Origin: Hypanus sabinus
Taxonomy: Eukaryota
Direction: 5' to 3'
NCBI RefSeq assembly: GCF_030144855.1
Contig: NC_082728.1
Span: forward strand, 32,860,001 to 32,924,000
Length of the DNA stretch: 64,000 bases
Numbering within the stretch: position 1 is the stretch's first letter; the number at the start of each line of letters is the position of its first letter. Shown here piece after piece: positions 13,090-26,300 of this stretch. The position numbers and the translations under genes were made by a program. Below the pieces are notes generated by a model that saw only the letters and a list, made by a program, of their open reading frames with translations, searched no databases and was not told the origin of the DNA.

Positions 13090-13519
13090 CTAAAAAAAAC
13101 AGAAAAAGCCATAAATTTCATCATCAATCTTTATAAGAAAATTGATGTCATTTGCTTATACACACCACAATTTTTAAAAATCAGTCATGTTGTTCTCCAA
13201 GCAAAACTGTGAATCCCATAACCACCCTGGAACAAACACCCTCAAGAGCTAAATAGAGCCTCTAATGCATAACAAATGTAAGAAAAAGAAAAATGATTGG
13301 GATATCCAAAAAATATTAACTTCCCTATCATTCAATGAGATTGTGGCTTATATCTCAGCTATATTTTCATACACTTTCCATATATCTCTAAATACCCAAA
13401 CTTCTATTTATCTCAATCTTGACAATATTTGGCCACTCAACTTCTGCATTCTCCATGGGTAGATTAACTGGCTTTTGATGAAATCCTTCTTTTCATCTGG
13501 GTCATGGAAGGACAGTACT

Positions 13520-15420
13520 GAATTTTGTTTCATTTTCATTTTTAGAATCTTTTTATTAATGTATAATCTTCAACAACTATAGAATAATATAAAACCAACA
13601 AATTAATATGTATACAATTAATAGAGCTGAAGAAAAAAATCTAATCGTAATATATAAAAATGAAAAAGAAATTATATATAGAAAAAAGGGAAAAAAGAAC
13701 CCCTATTAAACTACAAAAAAAGCACTATTAGGAATCAACCCCCAGAAGCAATACGATTAACCATCATCGAGATATGTAGAAAAAAGTCATCAACCGCCAA
13801 TTCACATTTTTTTTAAAGATAATAAAATTGGAAGGAAACCATGTAGAATAATTCAAATTAAATGATAATATTTGGCAAAAGTGTCCCATCTTCTCTCAAA
13901 ATCAAATCGAAGTTCAAAAGTTCTACTTCTAATTTTTTCCAAGCTGAGAGACAACCTTACTTGAGAAAACCATTCAATTAATGTATGGGAAGAGATATCT
14001 TTCCATTTTAATAAAATAGCCCTTCTTGCCAACAATGTAACAAATGCAATTACATGTTGATCTGAAGATGAAATACCCTGAATATGATATGCAACTATTC
14101 CAAATAGAACAGTTAGTCTATTAGGCTGTAAATTAATTTTCAAAGCTTTAGAGATTGTAGAAAATAAAGATTTCCAAAACAGTTTTAATGAAGAACATGA
14201 CCAGAACATATGTGACAAAGTAGCTACTTCAGTTTTATACCTATCACAGTAACTATCTACAATAGGAAATATTTTAGTTAGTCTCTCCTTTGTTAAATAA
14301 TCACGGACAATCATGGACAATTTTAAATCAAATTAAACAGTGATTGGCACATATAGAAAAATTTACATTTTTCAAAATTCGAACCCAATCTTCATTCACA
14401 AATATCATATTATGTTCCCTGTCCCAATCTTGTTTAATCTTTAGTGATAGGTTCTCTTTTTGTAACAAGAGTAAATAATAAATTCTGCTAATGGAACCTT
14501 TCACTAAGAGATTCAATTACAAAATGGTATCCAACAAATCAGATTCTTGTAAATATGGGAACTTAGGTAAATATTGTTGTAAAAAATGTCTAACCTGAAA
14601 ATATTGCAAAAATTGTGTATGAGCGAGAGAGTATTTGTTAATTAACTCTTCAAAAGTCATCAATCAACCATTACCAAATAAATCTGTAAAAGAACAGATC
14701 CCTTTATTTTTCCATTGGAGAAAAATGGGGTCGGTTATTGAAGGTTTAAATGAAAAGTTTCGATATAAAAAAACTAGAACACTTAAATTGTTTAAACTTT
14801 TAAAAATTACGAAATTGAATCCAAATCCGTAAAGATTGTTTAATAAGCGGGAAAAAATTTAAATTTGGAATTTTAGAGAGCTGTAAAGGTAATGAAGTTC
14901 TTAATATTGAAGTTAAATGAAATTGTTTAACAGCTTTTAATTCCAAATCAACCCAAAGTGGTTTTTGGCTCTTATCGAGATAACCAAAAACATAATTGTC
15001 TAATACTCACAGACTAATAATACAGTCTTAAATTAGGAAGTGTAAGTCCACCATCTTTTTTGGGTTTTTGTAAATGGTATTTGTTAATTCTTGGTCTCTC
15101 ATTGTTCCAATTAAAAGAAATAAGAGAGTCAATTTGATCATAAAAATGTATTAAAAAAGATAGGTAAATTATGGAAAATATATAAAAATCTAGATAAAAT
15201 CATCATTTTCACAGCATGGATATGACCTATTAAAAAAAGAGTAAGTGGATTCCATCTAGAAAATTGTAATTTCATGGAGTCTACTAGAGGAATTATATTA
15301 GCTTTATAAAGATCTTTATATTGTTTAGTAATTATAATACCGAAATATCTAAATGTATTAACAATTCAAAAAGGAATATCATTATATGTTCTAACAGGAG
15401 CATTTAATGGAAACAATTCA
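13520..15420 (-). mobile_element. L1/Tx1-clade LINE 3' fragment in the intron between the gene A IgC and TM exons
   Basis: ORF 13853-14320 (HMFWSCSSLKLFW...LARRAILLKWK...ERRWDTF) is typical of the fish-type L1 ORF2 C-terminus; AT-rich. Confidence 0.8.
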
Positions 15421-16434
15421 CTTTCATTCAACTGAATTTTGAAACTGAAGCTGTGTCCAGACACTTCAACCAGGGAATATCAACAACATGTGAGGAAGCG
15501 TGATAATCTTGTACCTTCCAATGAGATCAACACAGATTTTTTTTTATTTAAGGGAGCATAGGTCAAAACCCCTATTCTAGGAATTAACCTGGTTGCCCAT
15601 TGCTCCAGTCTCTCTACTGCAAACCCATAGGCAAATAGTATGCCAAATGTTGACTCACCAGGGCCCTCAATAATTGGAGCAAGATGGCCCCATTCTTGAA
15701 GTTAAATCATCATGCAATTAAAACCTAATAAATAATCTGGCTTCCTACTTATTGCATCATATGGAAATTAAATTTCAGTGATTTGTGTTAATTGATGTGT
15801 ACATTGCTCTAAACACCAACAGCTTTCAATTTAACATGAGTTAATGGTGGAGCAGGCCTGACAGGCCAGATGACATGATTATGTTTCTATTTTTTATGTT
15901 CATATATTCAATTGTTTCCCTCCCCCACCACTCCCAACTGCTCTCTGTACCTTCCCCCTTTGATTCCACATCTGCCTCTAAGTCAGCCTGACCTGAATTC
16001 ACCTATCACCTGCTAGCTCTTGTTCCAGCCCTTCTGTTCACCTTGTAATGGTTTATATCTCTCCTCTTTCAGTCCAGATGGAGAGGCTAAACCTGAGATA
16101 TCAATTGGCCATTTTTCTTACACATGCTACTTCAACCATTAAGTCCTTCCAACTTTTTCTAGCTAAGACTGATCACTGCAGTATCCCATTTGTCATGCCT
16201 CCCAGACTGAAAATCACCAGCATATTTCTAATTTTTTTGTCCATATCCCAATATTCAGACTAGGCCAGTATATTGCATCTTGTGACATATGGTATAATTT
16301 GCTTTGTTACACCCACTCAAAGTTCTTCTGGAAATCCAAATATACCAAGTTGGCAGCATTGAGAACCAGCAATATTGTAGCAATTAGTTAAACAATCACT
16401 TTCCTAATCATGAAACAGAAGATTATGAACATAC

Positions 16435-16719
16435 TTGAGATATTGTTCCTGGCTTCATATTTATGCTCTGCCTCATTCCACACAGCACAAGTGTAGTTAT
16501 GCTCCTGGTCAGTTTCTGACGTTATAATTGGAAGTGTGCTGGTCATAGAGATCAGTCCTTGAGCAGTTTCTTTTCTTTTGGTTTCTGAGCTGAGTGTGAG
16601 GTTTTTCCCATTAACGGTCCAATGAATCTGAGCGGAAGGATATCCAGTTGTTTCACAAGTGACCACCTTGGTCATTTCTGCCAAATTAACTAAGGCCAGT
16701 TTTGGCAAACTGTAGGGAG
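16435..16719 (-). CDS. B7-like gene A, IgC exon
   Basis: Acceptor ctcgttttag, donor TCAA/gtatgt; 285 bp, phase 1-1; APYSLP junction as in B7-family V-C joints; C...GYP...W...YTCAVW C-set motifs. Confidence 0.9.
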
Positions 16720-16940
16720 CTAAAACGAGAGCATTGTATTATTCGATAATATTAGTGAATCTTTCATTATTCCAAAATCTGCCATCGCTGCCATAGTATT
16801 CCAGCATGGCCCTTGAAAATCAAAGCTCTTAACACTTAATAATGGCTGAACGCAACCCAATTGCTGTCACAGCACAGGTAGTCAGCAGTTCTCACAGAAT
16901 AGATACAGCAACCAGTGAAACCCTGAGCTCTGCCTCAGAG

Positions 16941-16953
16941 GCTTTCACTTTCA
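16941..16953 (-). promoter_or_regulatory. IRF-binding element in the gene A V-C intron
   Basis: Minus strand GAAAGTGAAAGC matches the IRF1/2 consensus G(A)AAASYGAAASY. Confidence 0.4.
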
Positions 16954-17636
16954 TAAACATTCATCAAGGTATAAATATTATTGTATTGAAAAACTGAACT
17001 TCATACCTATGCTAAACAACTAATTAAGGAAAATATAACCATCCCAGGAGACATTTTTCATTCCTTTGAATGGATTCTGCTATGCTTACACCAGCTTTAA
17101 GCTGCAAAGCCCTGGGTACAGATTCCTCGAGGACACTCTTGGTGCAGCACAGGGGCAACCACTGCCTTTGGGGTATGCTGCTACTATGGAGAGATATCAG
17201 TTAATTCTCAGCATTAATGCCAAGGGATCCTTGCCAGCATATGTTGATGCAACAACACCAAAAGTAGGTTATCTACTCAGTAGTACAGTCATCCACCATG
17301 AATGGATACTTTCACCCTACCAGTTACCTGGTGAGTTTACTAATATGGGGGGGGGGGGGGGGTTGGCTTCAGTGAAAGTGATATGATTTGGGACATTCTG
17401 GAGATTTAAAACCTGTTATATGAATGCAAAGGTATTCTTTGTTTTTACAGATAAAACTCTCATACAATATTTATTTACCTACTGTAACTTTCTATCCTTT
17501 TTTTCATAAATGTCTATTTTTGTAATAATAAACGCAAAACAAAGGTGTTTTGGGGAAGTAAAACTGCATTTTACGTCAGTTAGAGTGAACCAGTTTTTGA
17601 AATGGAAAAAACCAAGGAAAGTATACTGTTACTCAC

Positions 17637-17960
17637 CTTTAACCACTAAAACGATGTTAACGTCCTTATATCCCAGATTTGTTTCCAAATAATAATTATA
17701 TTTCCCACTATCTGAAAGTTGTGTTTTTTGAAGTACCAGCGATACATTTTGTTGATCCGGAGAAAGTAATTTAATTCGATCCTGAGCTTTCCTGGGATTA
17801 TGACTTCCATCAAACTTAAAAACTAGAGTATCATCTCCATCTTTTCTCAATTCAATGTCCAGGAGTTTACTTGGCTTTGATGTTGTCAGGTTGCATGGCA
17901 ATATCGTGTCCTCGTTCAATATTCCCGTCACCGTCTCCTCGCACTTCAAAGTCACGAACT
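17637..17960 (-). CDS. B7-like gene A, IgV exon
   Basis: Acceptor tgttttgcag, donor AAAG/gtgagt; 324 bp, phase 1-1; V-set motifs GxxxEDxxLPC, RIxL, NVSLxL, DSGxY. Confidence 0.9.
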
Positions 17961-18044
17961 CTGCAAAACAATACATCCCATCATCTTCCATTACTATCGT
18001 CAGTGTTGAATGAACTAGTGACTGAAAAACGATTTACTACTTAC

Positions 18045-18126
18045 CCTGTGCAGAGTAAACGTTTGCACACAGCACCAAGTAAAAATATATCTGTAGGTTT
18101 AAATCCATTTCCAGTATTCCCTTCAT
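18045..18126 (-). CDS. B7-like gene A, leader/signal-peptide exon (MKGILEMDLNLQIYFYLVLCANVYSAQ)
   Basis: ATG at 18126, donor CAGG/gtaagt, 84-bp intron to the V exon, phase 1; homologous to the gene B leader exon. Confidence 0.8.
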
Positions 18127-18329
18127 CTGCCTGCCGATTTAAACACAATATACAATAAATGTTTAAAGATCAGAAATCGGATGTTTGCCAGGAATTTCAT
18201 ATAATGTAAATTCCAAGTAGGTTACAAAAAGGTAGATTGCATCAACTACATTCGATTGCTATATATGTTTGATCAATCAGAAAACCTCGTACAAGTAACC
18301 CACTGGGTTTCTAGTTTGCTCTACGTTTA

Positions 18330-18970
18330 GCAGACTCTCCGCGACTGCGGACATTCGCTGCCTGGATCAAAGTGTTAATACAAACACAGAAAACCAGTAG
18401 AACTAAAGCAACAACCAAGTGTTGGAATCTACAGCGGGCAACCGGATTTGCCATTTCGATCCACTTGAGAAAGCTGCAAGAGTCTGCAATCACCTGTGGA
18501 GGAACCGCGGAGCCGAGTTTACCAACGCGCCTCACGCTGTCCCCCCGACAGCCTGCGAAATTCGTATCGATTCGGCGGTCTGGGGACTTCTGTTTCCTGG
18601 ACTTTCAACTTCCTTGCTTTCTGTTTCAATCTGAATGGCGAGGACGATGGTGGCGATACCGAGTTTCAATTCCAAAAATAACTACTGTATCGAAGATTTA
18701 TGCCTGACATGCAACTTTTTAAAGTTGAACGGCTGTTAAACTTGCAGGTAACCCGCGGCCTCTTCACCAGCAGCTCACTCGGAAAAGTGTCTTACGAAAT
18801 GGAGGTCAATGGTGTGCTGCGAAAACCGAAACTAATGCGGGAAATACCCGGGAATGTAATTTCAGCAAACCCAACCCTTTCTTGTAAGAAGTATACTGTC
18901 CCCAGCCGGACTTGCTCCTTATTACACCGCTCCGGTGACATTCCAGGGACATTGTCTAAAGTCCATCTTC
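18330..18970 (-). promoter_or_regulatory. CpG-rich putative promoter/5' region of gene A with ISRE and kB-like sites
   Basis: CpG-dense relative to flanks; GAAAACCGAAACT at 18821-18833, GGGAAATACC at 18839-18848, TTTCTGTTTC at 18618-18627. Confidence 0.55.
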
Positions 18971-19129
18971 CAGTTTTTATTTTAGTTTTCTTCGTCAACG
19001 TCAATTAATATTGTGGACTGACATCGCAAATATTTGAATTCATAACGATCACAAAATCATCATTTCCACATTCTGAGCGTTGTTTTGGATTGCACCGATG
19101 ATCTGTACTGGCAAGGAAACTTGTTTGAG

Positions 19130-22100
19130 AGGCCAGAAATAGGAAGATTGTGCAGCTAAATACGTGGCTAAGGAGTTGGTGCAGGAGGGAGGGCTTCATG
19201 TTGCTGGACAATTGGGCCTTGTTCCAGGGAAGGTGGGACCTGTTCCGACAGGATGGGTTGCACCTGAACTGGAGGGGGACTAACAGCCTTACGGGAAGGT
19301 TTGCTAGTGCTGCTAGGGGGGTGGGGGGGTTAAACTAGATTTGCAGGGGGAGGGGAGCCAGAGTGTTAGAGCAGATAGTGAGGTGGAGGAGGATAAATGT
19401 CATGCGAGATCTGCAAGTATAGTGCATGGAATAAAGCCAGATCTGGCATATAAAGAGGCTTTGAGGAAAGAGAAACAGAATAAAGAGTGTAAAGGTTGTA
19501 AGGTAGAAGGGCTACACACGCAAAATGCTGGTGGAACGCAGCAGGCCAGGCAGCATCTATAGGCACTGTCAATGTTTCAGGCCGAGACCCTTTGTCAGGA
19601 CTAAGGTGCATGCACTTCAATGCAAGAAGCATTAGGAACAAAGGTGATGAACTGAGAGCTTGGATACATACTTGAATTATGATGTAGTGGCCATTACAGA
19701 GACTTAGCTGGCACCAGGGCAGGAATGGATTCTCAATATTCCTGGATTTCAGTGCTTTTAAAGGGATAGAGGGGGGGAAATGGGAGGAGAGTGGGATTAC
19801 TGGTCAGGGACACTGTTACATCTACAAAAGGGTGGGTAATGTAGCAGGATCCTCTTTTGAGTCAGTATGGGTGGAAGTCAGGAACAGGAAGGGAGCAGTT
19901 ACTCTATTGGGAGTACTCTATAAGTCCCCTGGTAGCAGCAGGGATACCAAGGAGCAGATTGGGAGGTAGATTTTGGAATGCTGCAAAAATAACAGGGTTG
20001 TTATCACGGGTGACTTTAACTTCCCTAATATTGATTGGCACCTGATTAGTTCCAATGGTTTAGACGGGGCAGAGTTTGTCAAGTGCATCCAGGATGAATT
20101 CCTGTCACAGTATGTTGACAAGCCGACGAGGGGGAATGCCATACTAGATCTAGTATTTAGGTAATGAACAAGTCACATATCTCTCAGTGGGTGAGCATTT
20201 GGGGGACAGTGACCGCCGCTCCCTGGCCTTGAACATTATCATGGAAAAGGATAGAATCAGAGAGGACAAGAAAATTTTTAAGTGGGGAAGAGCAAATTAT
20301 GAGGCTATAAGGCTAGAAATTGTGGGTGTGAATTGGGATGATGTTTTTGCAGGGTAATGTACTATAGACATGTGGTTGATGTTTAGGGATCTCTTGCAGG
20401 ATGTTAGGGATAAATTTGTCCCGGTGAGGAAGATTAAGTATGGTAGGGTGAAGGAACCATGGGTGACCAGTGAGGTGGAGAATCTAGTCAGATAGAAGAA
20501 GGCAGCATACATAAGGTTTAGGAAGCAAGGGTCAGATGAGTCTATTGAGAAATATAGGGTAGCAAAAAAGGAGCTTAAGAAGGGACTGAGGAGAGCAAGA
20601 AGGGGGCATGAGGAAGCCTTGGCGAGTAGGGTAAAGGAAAACCCTACAAAAGGTTGACAGGAATGAAGATAGGACCTATTAGAGATAATGGTAGGAAGAT
20701 GTGCCTGGAGGCTGTGGAAGTGAGCGAGGTCCTCAATGAATACATCTCTTCAGTATTCACAAATGAGAGGGAACTTGATGACCATGAGGACAATATGAGT
20801 GAGGTTGATGTTCTGGAGCATGTTGACATTAAGGGAGAAGATGTGTTGGAGTTGTTAAAATACATTAGGATGGATAAGTCTACAGGGCCTGACGGAATAT
20901 TCCCCAGGCTGCTCCATGAGGCAAGGGTAGAGATTGCTGAGCCTCTGGCTAGGATCTTTATGTCCTCATTGTCCACAGGAATGGTACCGGAGGATTGAAG
21001 GGAGGTGAATGTTGTCTCCTTGTTCAAAAAGGTAGTAGAGATAGTCCGGGTAATCGTAGACCAATGAGCCTTACATCTGTGGTGGGAAAGCTGTTGGAAA
21101 AGATTCTTAGAGATAGAATCTGTGGGCATTTAGAAAACCATGATCTGATCAGAGACAGTCAGTATGGCTTTGTGAAGGGAAGATCATGTCTAACAAGCCT
21201 GATCAAGTTCTTTGAGGAGGTGACCAGGCATATAGATGAGGGTAGTGCAGTGGATGTGATTTACATGGATTTTCATAAGGCATTTGACAAGGTACTACAT
21301 GGTAGGCTTATTCAGAAAGTCAGAAGGCATGGGATCCAGGGAATTTTGGCCAGGTGGGTTCAGAATTGGCCTGCCTGCAGAAAGCAGAGGGTTCTGATGG
21401 AGGGAGTACATTTGGATTGGAGGGTTATGACAAGTGGTATCCCACAAGGATCGGTTCTGGACTTCTACTTTACGTGATTTTTATTAACGACCTGGATGTG
21501 GGAGTAGAAGGGTGGGTTGGCAAGTTTGCAGATGACACAAGAGTTGGTGGTGTTGTGGATAATGTTGAGGATTGTCGAAGATTGCAGAGAGACATTGATA
21601 GGATGCAGAAGTGGGCTGAGAAGTGGCAGATGGAGTTCAACCCAGAGAAGTGTGAAGTGGAACACTTTGGAAGAACAAACTCCAAGGCAGAGTACAAAGT
21701 AAATGGCAGGATACTTGGGAGTGTGGAGGAGCAGAGGGATCTGGGGTTACAAGTCCACAGATCCCTGAAGGTTGCCTCACAGGTAGATAGGGTAGTTAAG
21801 ACAGCTTATGGAGTGTTAGCTTTCATAAGTTGAGGCATAGAGTTTAAGAGTCTCGGGGTAATGATGCAGCTCTATGAAACTCTGATTAGGTCATACTTGG
21901 AATACTGTGTCCAGTTCTGGACACCTCACTATAAGAAGGATGTGGAAGAATTGGAAAGGGTACAGAGAAGGCTTACCAGGATTCTACCTGGTTTAGAGAG
22001 TATGCAATATGATCAGAGATTTAAGAGACTTCTAGACAGGTATATGGAGGAATTTAAGGTGGGGGGGTTATATGGGAGGCGGGCAAAGGGTCAGCAAAAC

Positions 22101-22140
22101 ATTGTGGGCTGAATGGCCTGTACTGTGCTGTATTGTTCCT
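19130..22140 (+). mobile_element. CR1 LINE: ORF1 SGNH-esterase C-terminus plus frameshifted ORF2 (APE endonuclease and RT)
   Basis: 19150-19338 LNTWLRSWC...DGLHLN (esterase DxxH); 19973-20164 GDFNFPNIDW (APE); 20995-21833 RT with KAFDKV, PQGSVL, KFADD. Confidence 0.92.
19512..19602 (-). mobile_element. Short Penelope-terminal-repeat insertion with degenerate hammerhead motif, inside the CR1
   Basis: Same repeat as 26200-26300 and 62791-62961; minus strand agtcCTGACAAagggtctcggcctGAAAcattgac. Confidence 0.65.
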
Positions 22141-23273
22141 TGTTCTTTGTTGTTCTTTGGTTAAGTGAGCCACACACAAACAAACAAAGCTGTAGACTGA
22201 ACAGGCCTTATATTCGCTTCCAGCAAACTTTAAGGGAGGGGGCTGGTGGGAGAATCTCTCAAAACTCAAAAGAATAAGATTTTAATTTTGAGTTAGTACA
22301 ATGAAAGCAGTTGATCAATATCAACAATCAATATACAAGACTAACTCCCCATTGCTTCTTTATAAGGTATCTCCGGTACCTGATGAAGTGACCACTGAGT
22401 GTATTTTTGTGGTCTTTTGCTGCTCCAGCCCATCAGCTTCAAGGTTTGATGTGTTGTGGGATCAGTAGTTCTGTAAACCACTGTTGGAACACATTGTTTA
22501 TTTGAGTTACTGTCACCTTCCTGTCAGCTTGAACCAGTCTGGCCATTCTCCTCTGACCTCTCTCATTAACAAAGCATTTTCACCCACTAAACTGCTGCTC
22601 ACTGGATTTTTTATAAAGTTTTCTATTTTCTATAATGTTTTGATGTGCATGCAAAGCCCAGGGGATCAGCGGTTTCTGAGATACCCAAAGCCACTCTGTC
22701 TAGCACCAACAATCATTCCACGCTCAAAGGCACCTAGATCACATCTCTTCTCCATTTTAACGTTCGGTCTGAACAGGACTTTGCATTGCAGTTGCACAAT
22801 TGACTGTGAAAATATTTACATTAATGAGCGGGTGTACTTAATAAAGGGGTCATTAAGTGTATGTCACTATATTGGGTGTGAACAGATAGTTCGGTATAGT
22901 TATATGTTTACACATCAAAATTGATATCTAGCCTTGAAAACTCAAACACCTTCATCAAGACAAAGTCAACTGCACCATGTGTGTACCCCTGCATTCTCAC
23001 TTGCTGCTCTTCAGCAATGTATGGGATGGACGATGGGGACAGGTCAAGAGAAGTTCTGACCCTTCCTAAATGCTGACATGAACTGCATTTTTTTCTTCAT
23101 TCATTTATTCATTCAGTGTTCAGGGTACTCCTCTGTTTTTGGGGTCGTTTGCAAACAAAAAATTTCAGGATGTATACTGTATACATTTCTCTGACATTAT
23201 ATGTACCTATTGAAACCTAATGAATGAATGTTTCTGTGCCCAGACTTTAAGAGCATAGAAGCCTATCCCTCCC

Positions 23274-23700
23274 TAAATCCATCAATATAATATTGGGCAC
23301 TCCCATGGTTAACATAGAAAAACATAGAAACATAGAAAACCAGCACAATACAGGCTCTTCAGCCCACAAGGCTGTGCTGAACATGTACTTACTTTAGAAA
23401 CTACCTACAGGTACCCATAGCCCTCTATTTTTCTAAGCTTCATGTACCTATCCAGGAGTCTCTTAAAAGACCCTATCGTATCCAACTCCACAACCGTTGC
23501 CGGCTGCCCATTCCACGCACTCACCACTCTCTGCGTAAAAAACTTACCAGACATCTCCTCTGCACCAACTGCCAAGCACCTTAAAATTGTGCCCTCTCAT
23601 GCTAGTCATTTCAGCCTTGGGTAAAAGCCTCTGACTATCCACATGATCAATGCCTCTCATCATCTCTATCAAGTCACTTCTCATACTCTCTCGCTCCAAG
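23274..23700 (-). mobile_element. CR1 LINE 3' end
   Basis: catagaaa tail repeats; near-identical in type to 38005-38350. Confidence 0.8.
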
Positions 23701-24954
23701 GAGTAAAGCAAAACAGTGGCTTGCCCTAATCAATGATTAATTAATTTTCTGACTGAAAAACCTGCCATTACAGTAAAATCATTCTGAATACTCTCTGGAA
23801 TTTGGAGTTTTTTTTATTTTAAAAGTTAATTATTAAAGGCTTATTACATTTCCACAAAGTTAAGTTAACAGAAAGGATTTATTTTAATAATTGACTTCAG
23901 CTGTTCTGTGCCTTGATCGTAATCTTCAGAAAGTCAGGTTTCATCCTGTATGCTTCTCGGAAAATTCTCTTAAATTTTTCTGTTGATATCTTTCAGTTCA
24001 GATTTCAATTCATTATTTGGATGCACAAAGAAAAGCATGAATAGCTGATTAAACAGTGAGTTATCAACACAGGAATCCGGTGAAAATATATTGACAATAG
24101 TGATTTTGCAAATTCACATGAATAATTATGTTGATTGACAAGAGCAGATTGATGACAGAATCTGGCTCTTTTTTTGAGAATTAACTTGATACAGATATTC
24201 TATTTTCTTCATCATCTGTTGATGAATTAAAGAGTATTCACTGTAAGGGGAAGTTGGACAAACTTGGATTGTTTTTGCCTAAGCACAAGAGGCTGAGGGC
24301 TGACCAGATAGAAGCATCGTACATTATGAGAGGCACAGACGTAGTTGACAGAATCTTGTTCCAGGTGGAAATATTAAATACGAAACAGCACAGCTTTAAG
24401 GTGAGACGGAAAAATTTAAAGGAGATTTACAAGGCATTTCTTATACAGAGTGTGTGGCAGGAACTTGGAACAAACAGAATGGTAATGTTCAAGAGGCGTT
24501 TATACAGTCACATAAACAGACAGGAACTGGAGGGGTATAGACCAGGTACAGGCAGATGGAAATATTTCATTTTCATTATGGCCATTGTAGGTCAAAGTGC
24601 CTGATCCCACACTATACTATTCTGTACTCTATTTACAGGTAAAATAACCCTTCCTTTTAGGAATTGTAAAGATATTCTTGAAAGTTACATACCTACAAAA
24701 TTTAGGTTGTTTCCTGATGCATGCTTTTGAGAAAATGACAACATTAATATTTCAGGTAAAATTAGCATTATATTCAATCTGAAAAGATGTTTCTTGAAAC
24801 AACATTATGTGATTTAATACTTAACCATGAACCATATCACACTTTGTTTGCTGCTGAACCTCTCTGCCATTTTTAACCTCAAAATGTGCTCAGTGGGCAA
24901 ATTCAAAGCTAATGCACTTTGATGTGAATCAATGTGAAGGTATCTGTTTTGTTT

Positions 24955-26300
24955 CTGAAAACTGAAAGGCAGATTATTGCTCATCTACTGATGTCTATTT
25001 CTGACACCTCCCTCCCCTTTCTTGATCTTTCTGTCTCTATCTCTGGAGACAGCTTATCTACTGATGTCTACTATAAGCTTACAGACTCTCACAAGTACCT
25101 GGACTATTCCTCTTTCCACCCTGTCACTTGCAAAAATGCCATCCCCTTCTCGTAATTCCTCTGTCTCCACCACACCTGCTCTCAGTATGAGGCTTTTCAT
25201 TCCAGGACGAACCAGATGTTTTCCTTTTTTAAATAAATGGGATTCCCTTCCTCCACCATCAACTCTGCTCTCAAATGCATCTCTCCCATTTCACACACAT
25301 CTGCTCTCACCCATCCTCCCACCACCCCACTAGGGATAGGGTTCCCCTTGTCCTCACCTACCACCCCAACAGCCTCCAGGTCCAACATATAATTCTCTGT
25401 AACTTCCACCATCTCCAACGAGATCCTACCACCAAGCACATCTTTCCTTCCCCCCTCTTTCTGCTTTCCACAGGGATCGCTCCCTACGTGACTCCCTTGT
25501 CCATTCGTCCCCATCCCTTCCCACTGATCTCCTTCCTGGCACTTACCCTTGTAAGCAGAACAAGTGCTACACCTGTCCTTACACTTCCTCCCTCACCACC
25601 ATACAGGGCCCCAGATAGTCCTTCCAGGTGAGATGACACTTCACCTGTGAGTTGGCTGGTGTGTTATACTGCATCCAGTGCTCCCAGTGCGACCTTCTAT
25701 ATATCGGTGAGACCCGATGCAGAGAACACCTTTGCTCTGTCCACCAGAGAAAGCACACATTTTAATTTCACGTCCCATTCCCATTCTGGTATATCTATCC
25801 ATTGCCTCCTCTACTGTCAGGATGAAGCCACACTCAGGTTGGAGGAACAACACCTTATATTCTGTCTGGGTAGCCTTCAACCTAATGGTATGAACATTGA
25901 TTTCTCTAACTTCCTCCTCCTCTTCTTACCCCATCCCTTATTTATATATTTATTTTCCCCCCTTTCTTTTCTCTCTTTCCCTCTCACAATCACCCCTTGC
26001 CTGCTCTCCATCTCCCTCTGGTGCCCCCCTCCCCCTTTCTTTCTCCCTAGACCTCCCGTCCCATGATCCTCACCCTTCTCCAGCTGTGTATCCCTTTATT
26101 CAATCAACTTTCTTTAGCTTTAGTTTTCCCCATCCTGCCTTCTCCTATCATTTCGGATCTCCCCCTCCCCCTTTCATATCTCTTACTATCTCTTCTTTCA
26201 GTTAGTCCTGATGAAGGGTCTTGGCACGAAATGTCGACTGTACTTCTTCCTATAGACGCTGCCTGGCCTGCTGCGCTCCACCAGCATTTAGTGTGTGAGG
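24955..26300 (+). mobile_element. Penelope-like element (RT C-terminus, GIY-YIG endonuclease, terminal repeat)
   Basis: STDVYYKLTDSHKYLDYSS; GVLYCIQCSQCDLLYIGETR at about 25660-25720 (GIY-YIG); QDEATLRLEEQHLIFCLGSLQPNG. Confidence 0.88.
26204..26239 (+). ncRNA. Minimal type I hammerhead ribozyme motif (best-preserved copy)
   Basis: AGTC-CTGATGA-agggtcttggcac-GAAA-tGTC-GACT: intact core, GUC cleavage triplet, stem I AGTC/GACT. Confidence 0.7.

Noticed and set aside
17347-17362. Poly-G run as a G-quadruplex element
   Set aside because: Single homopolymer, possibly a length artefact; no supporting context
24130-24723. Alternative gene B tail from a micro-exon (24693-24713 or 24723) plus an exon starting at 24240, which could give an ITIM-like SEYSLI
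   Set aside because: Weak acceptors and ambiguous phase; the 27324-27382 exon has a better acceptor, correct phase, similarity to the gene A tail and nearby AATAAA signals
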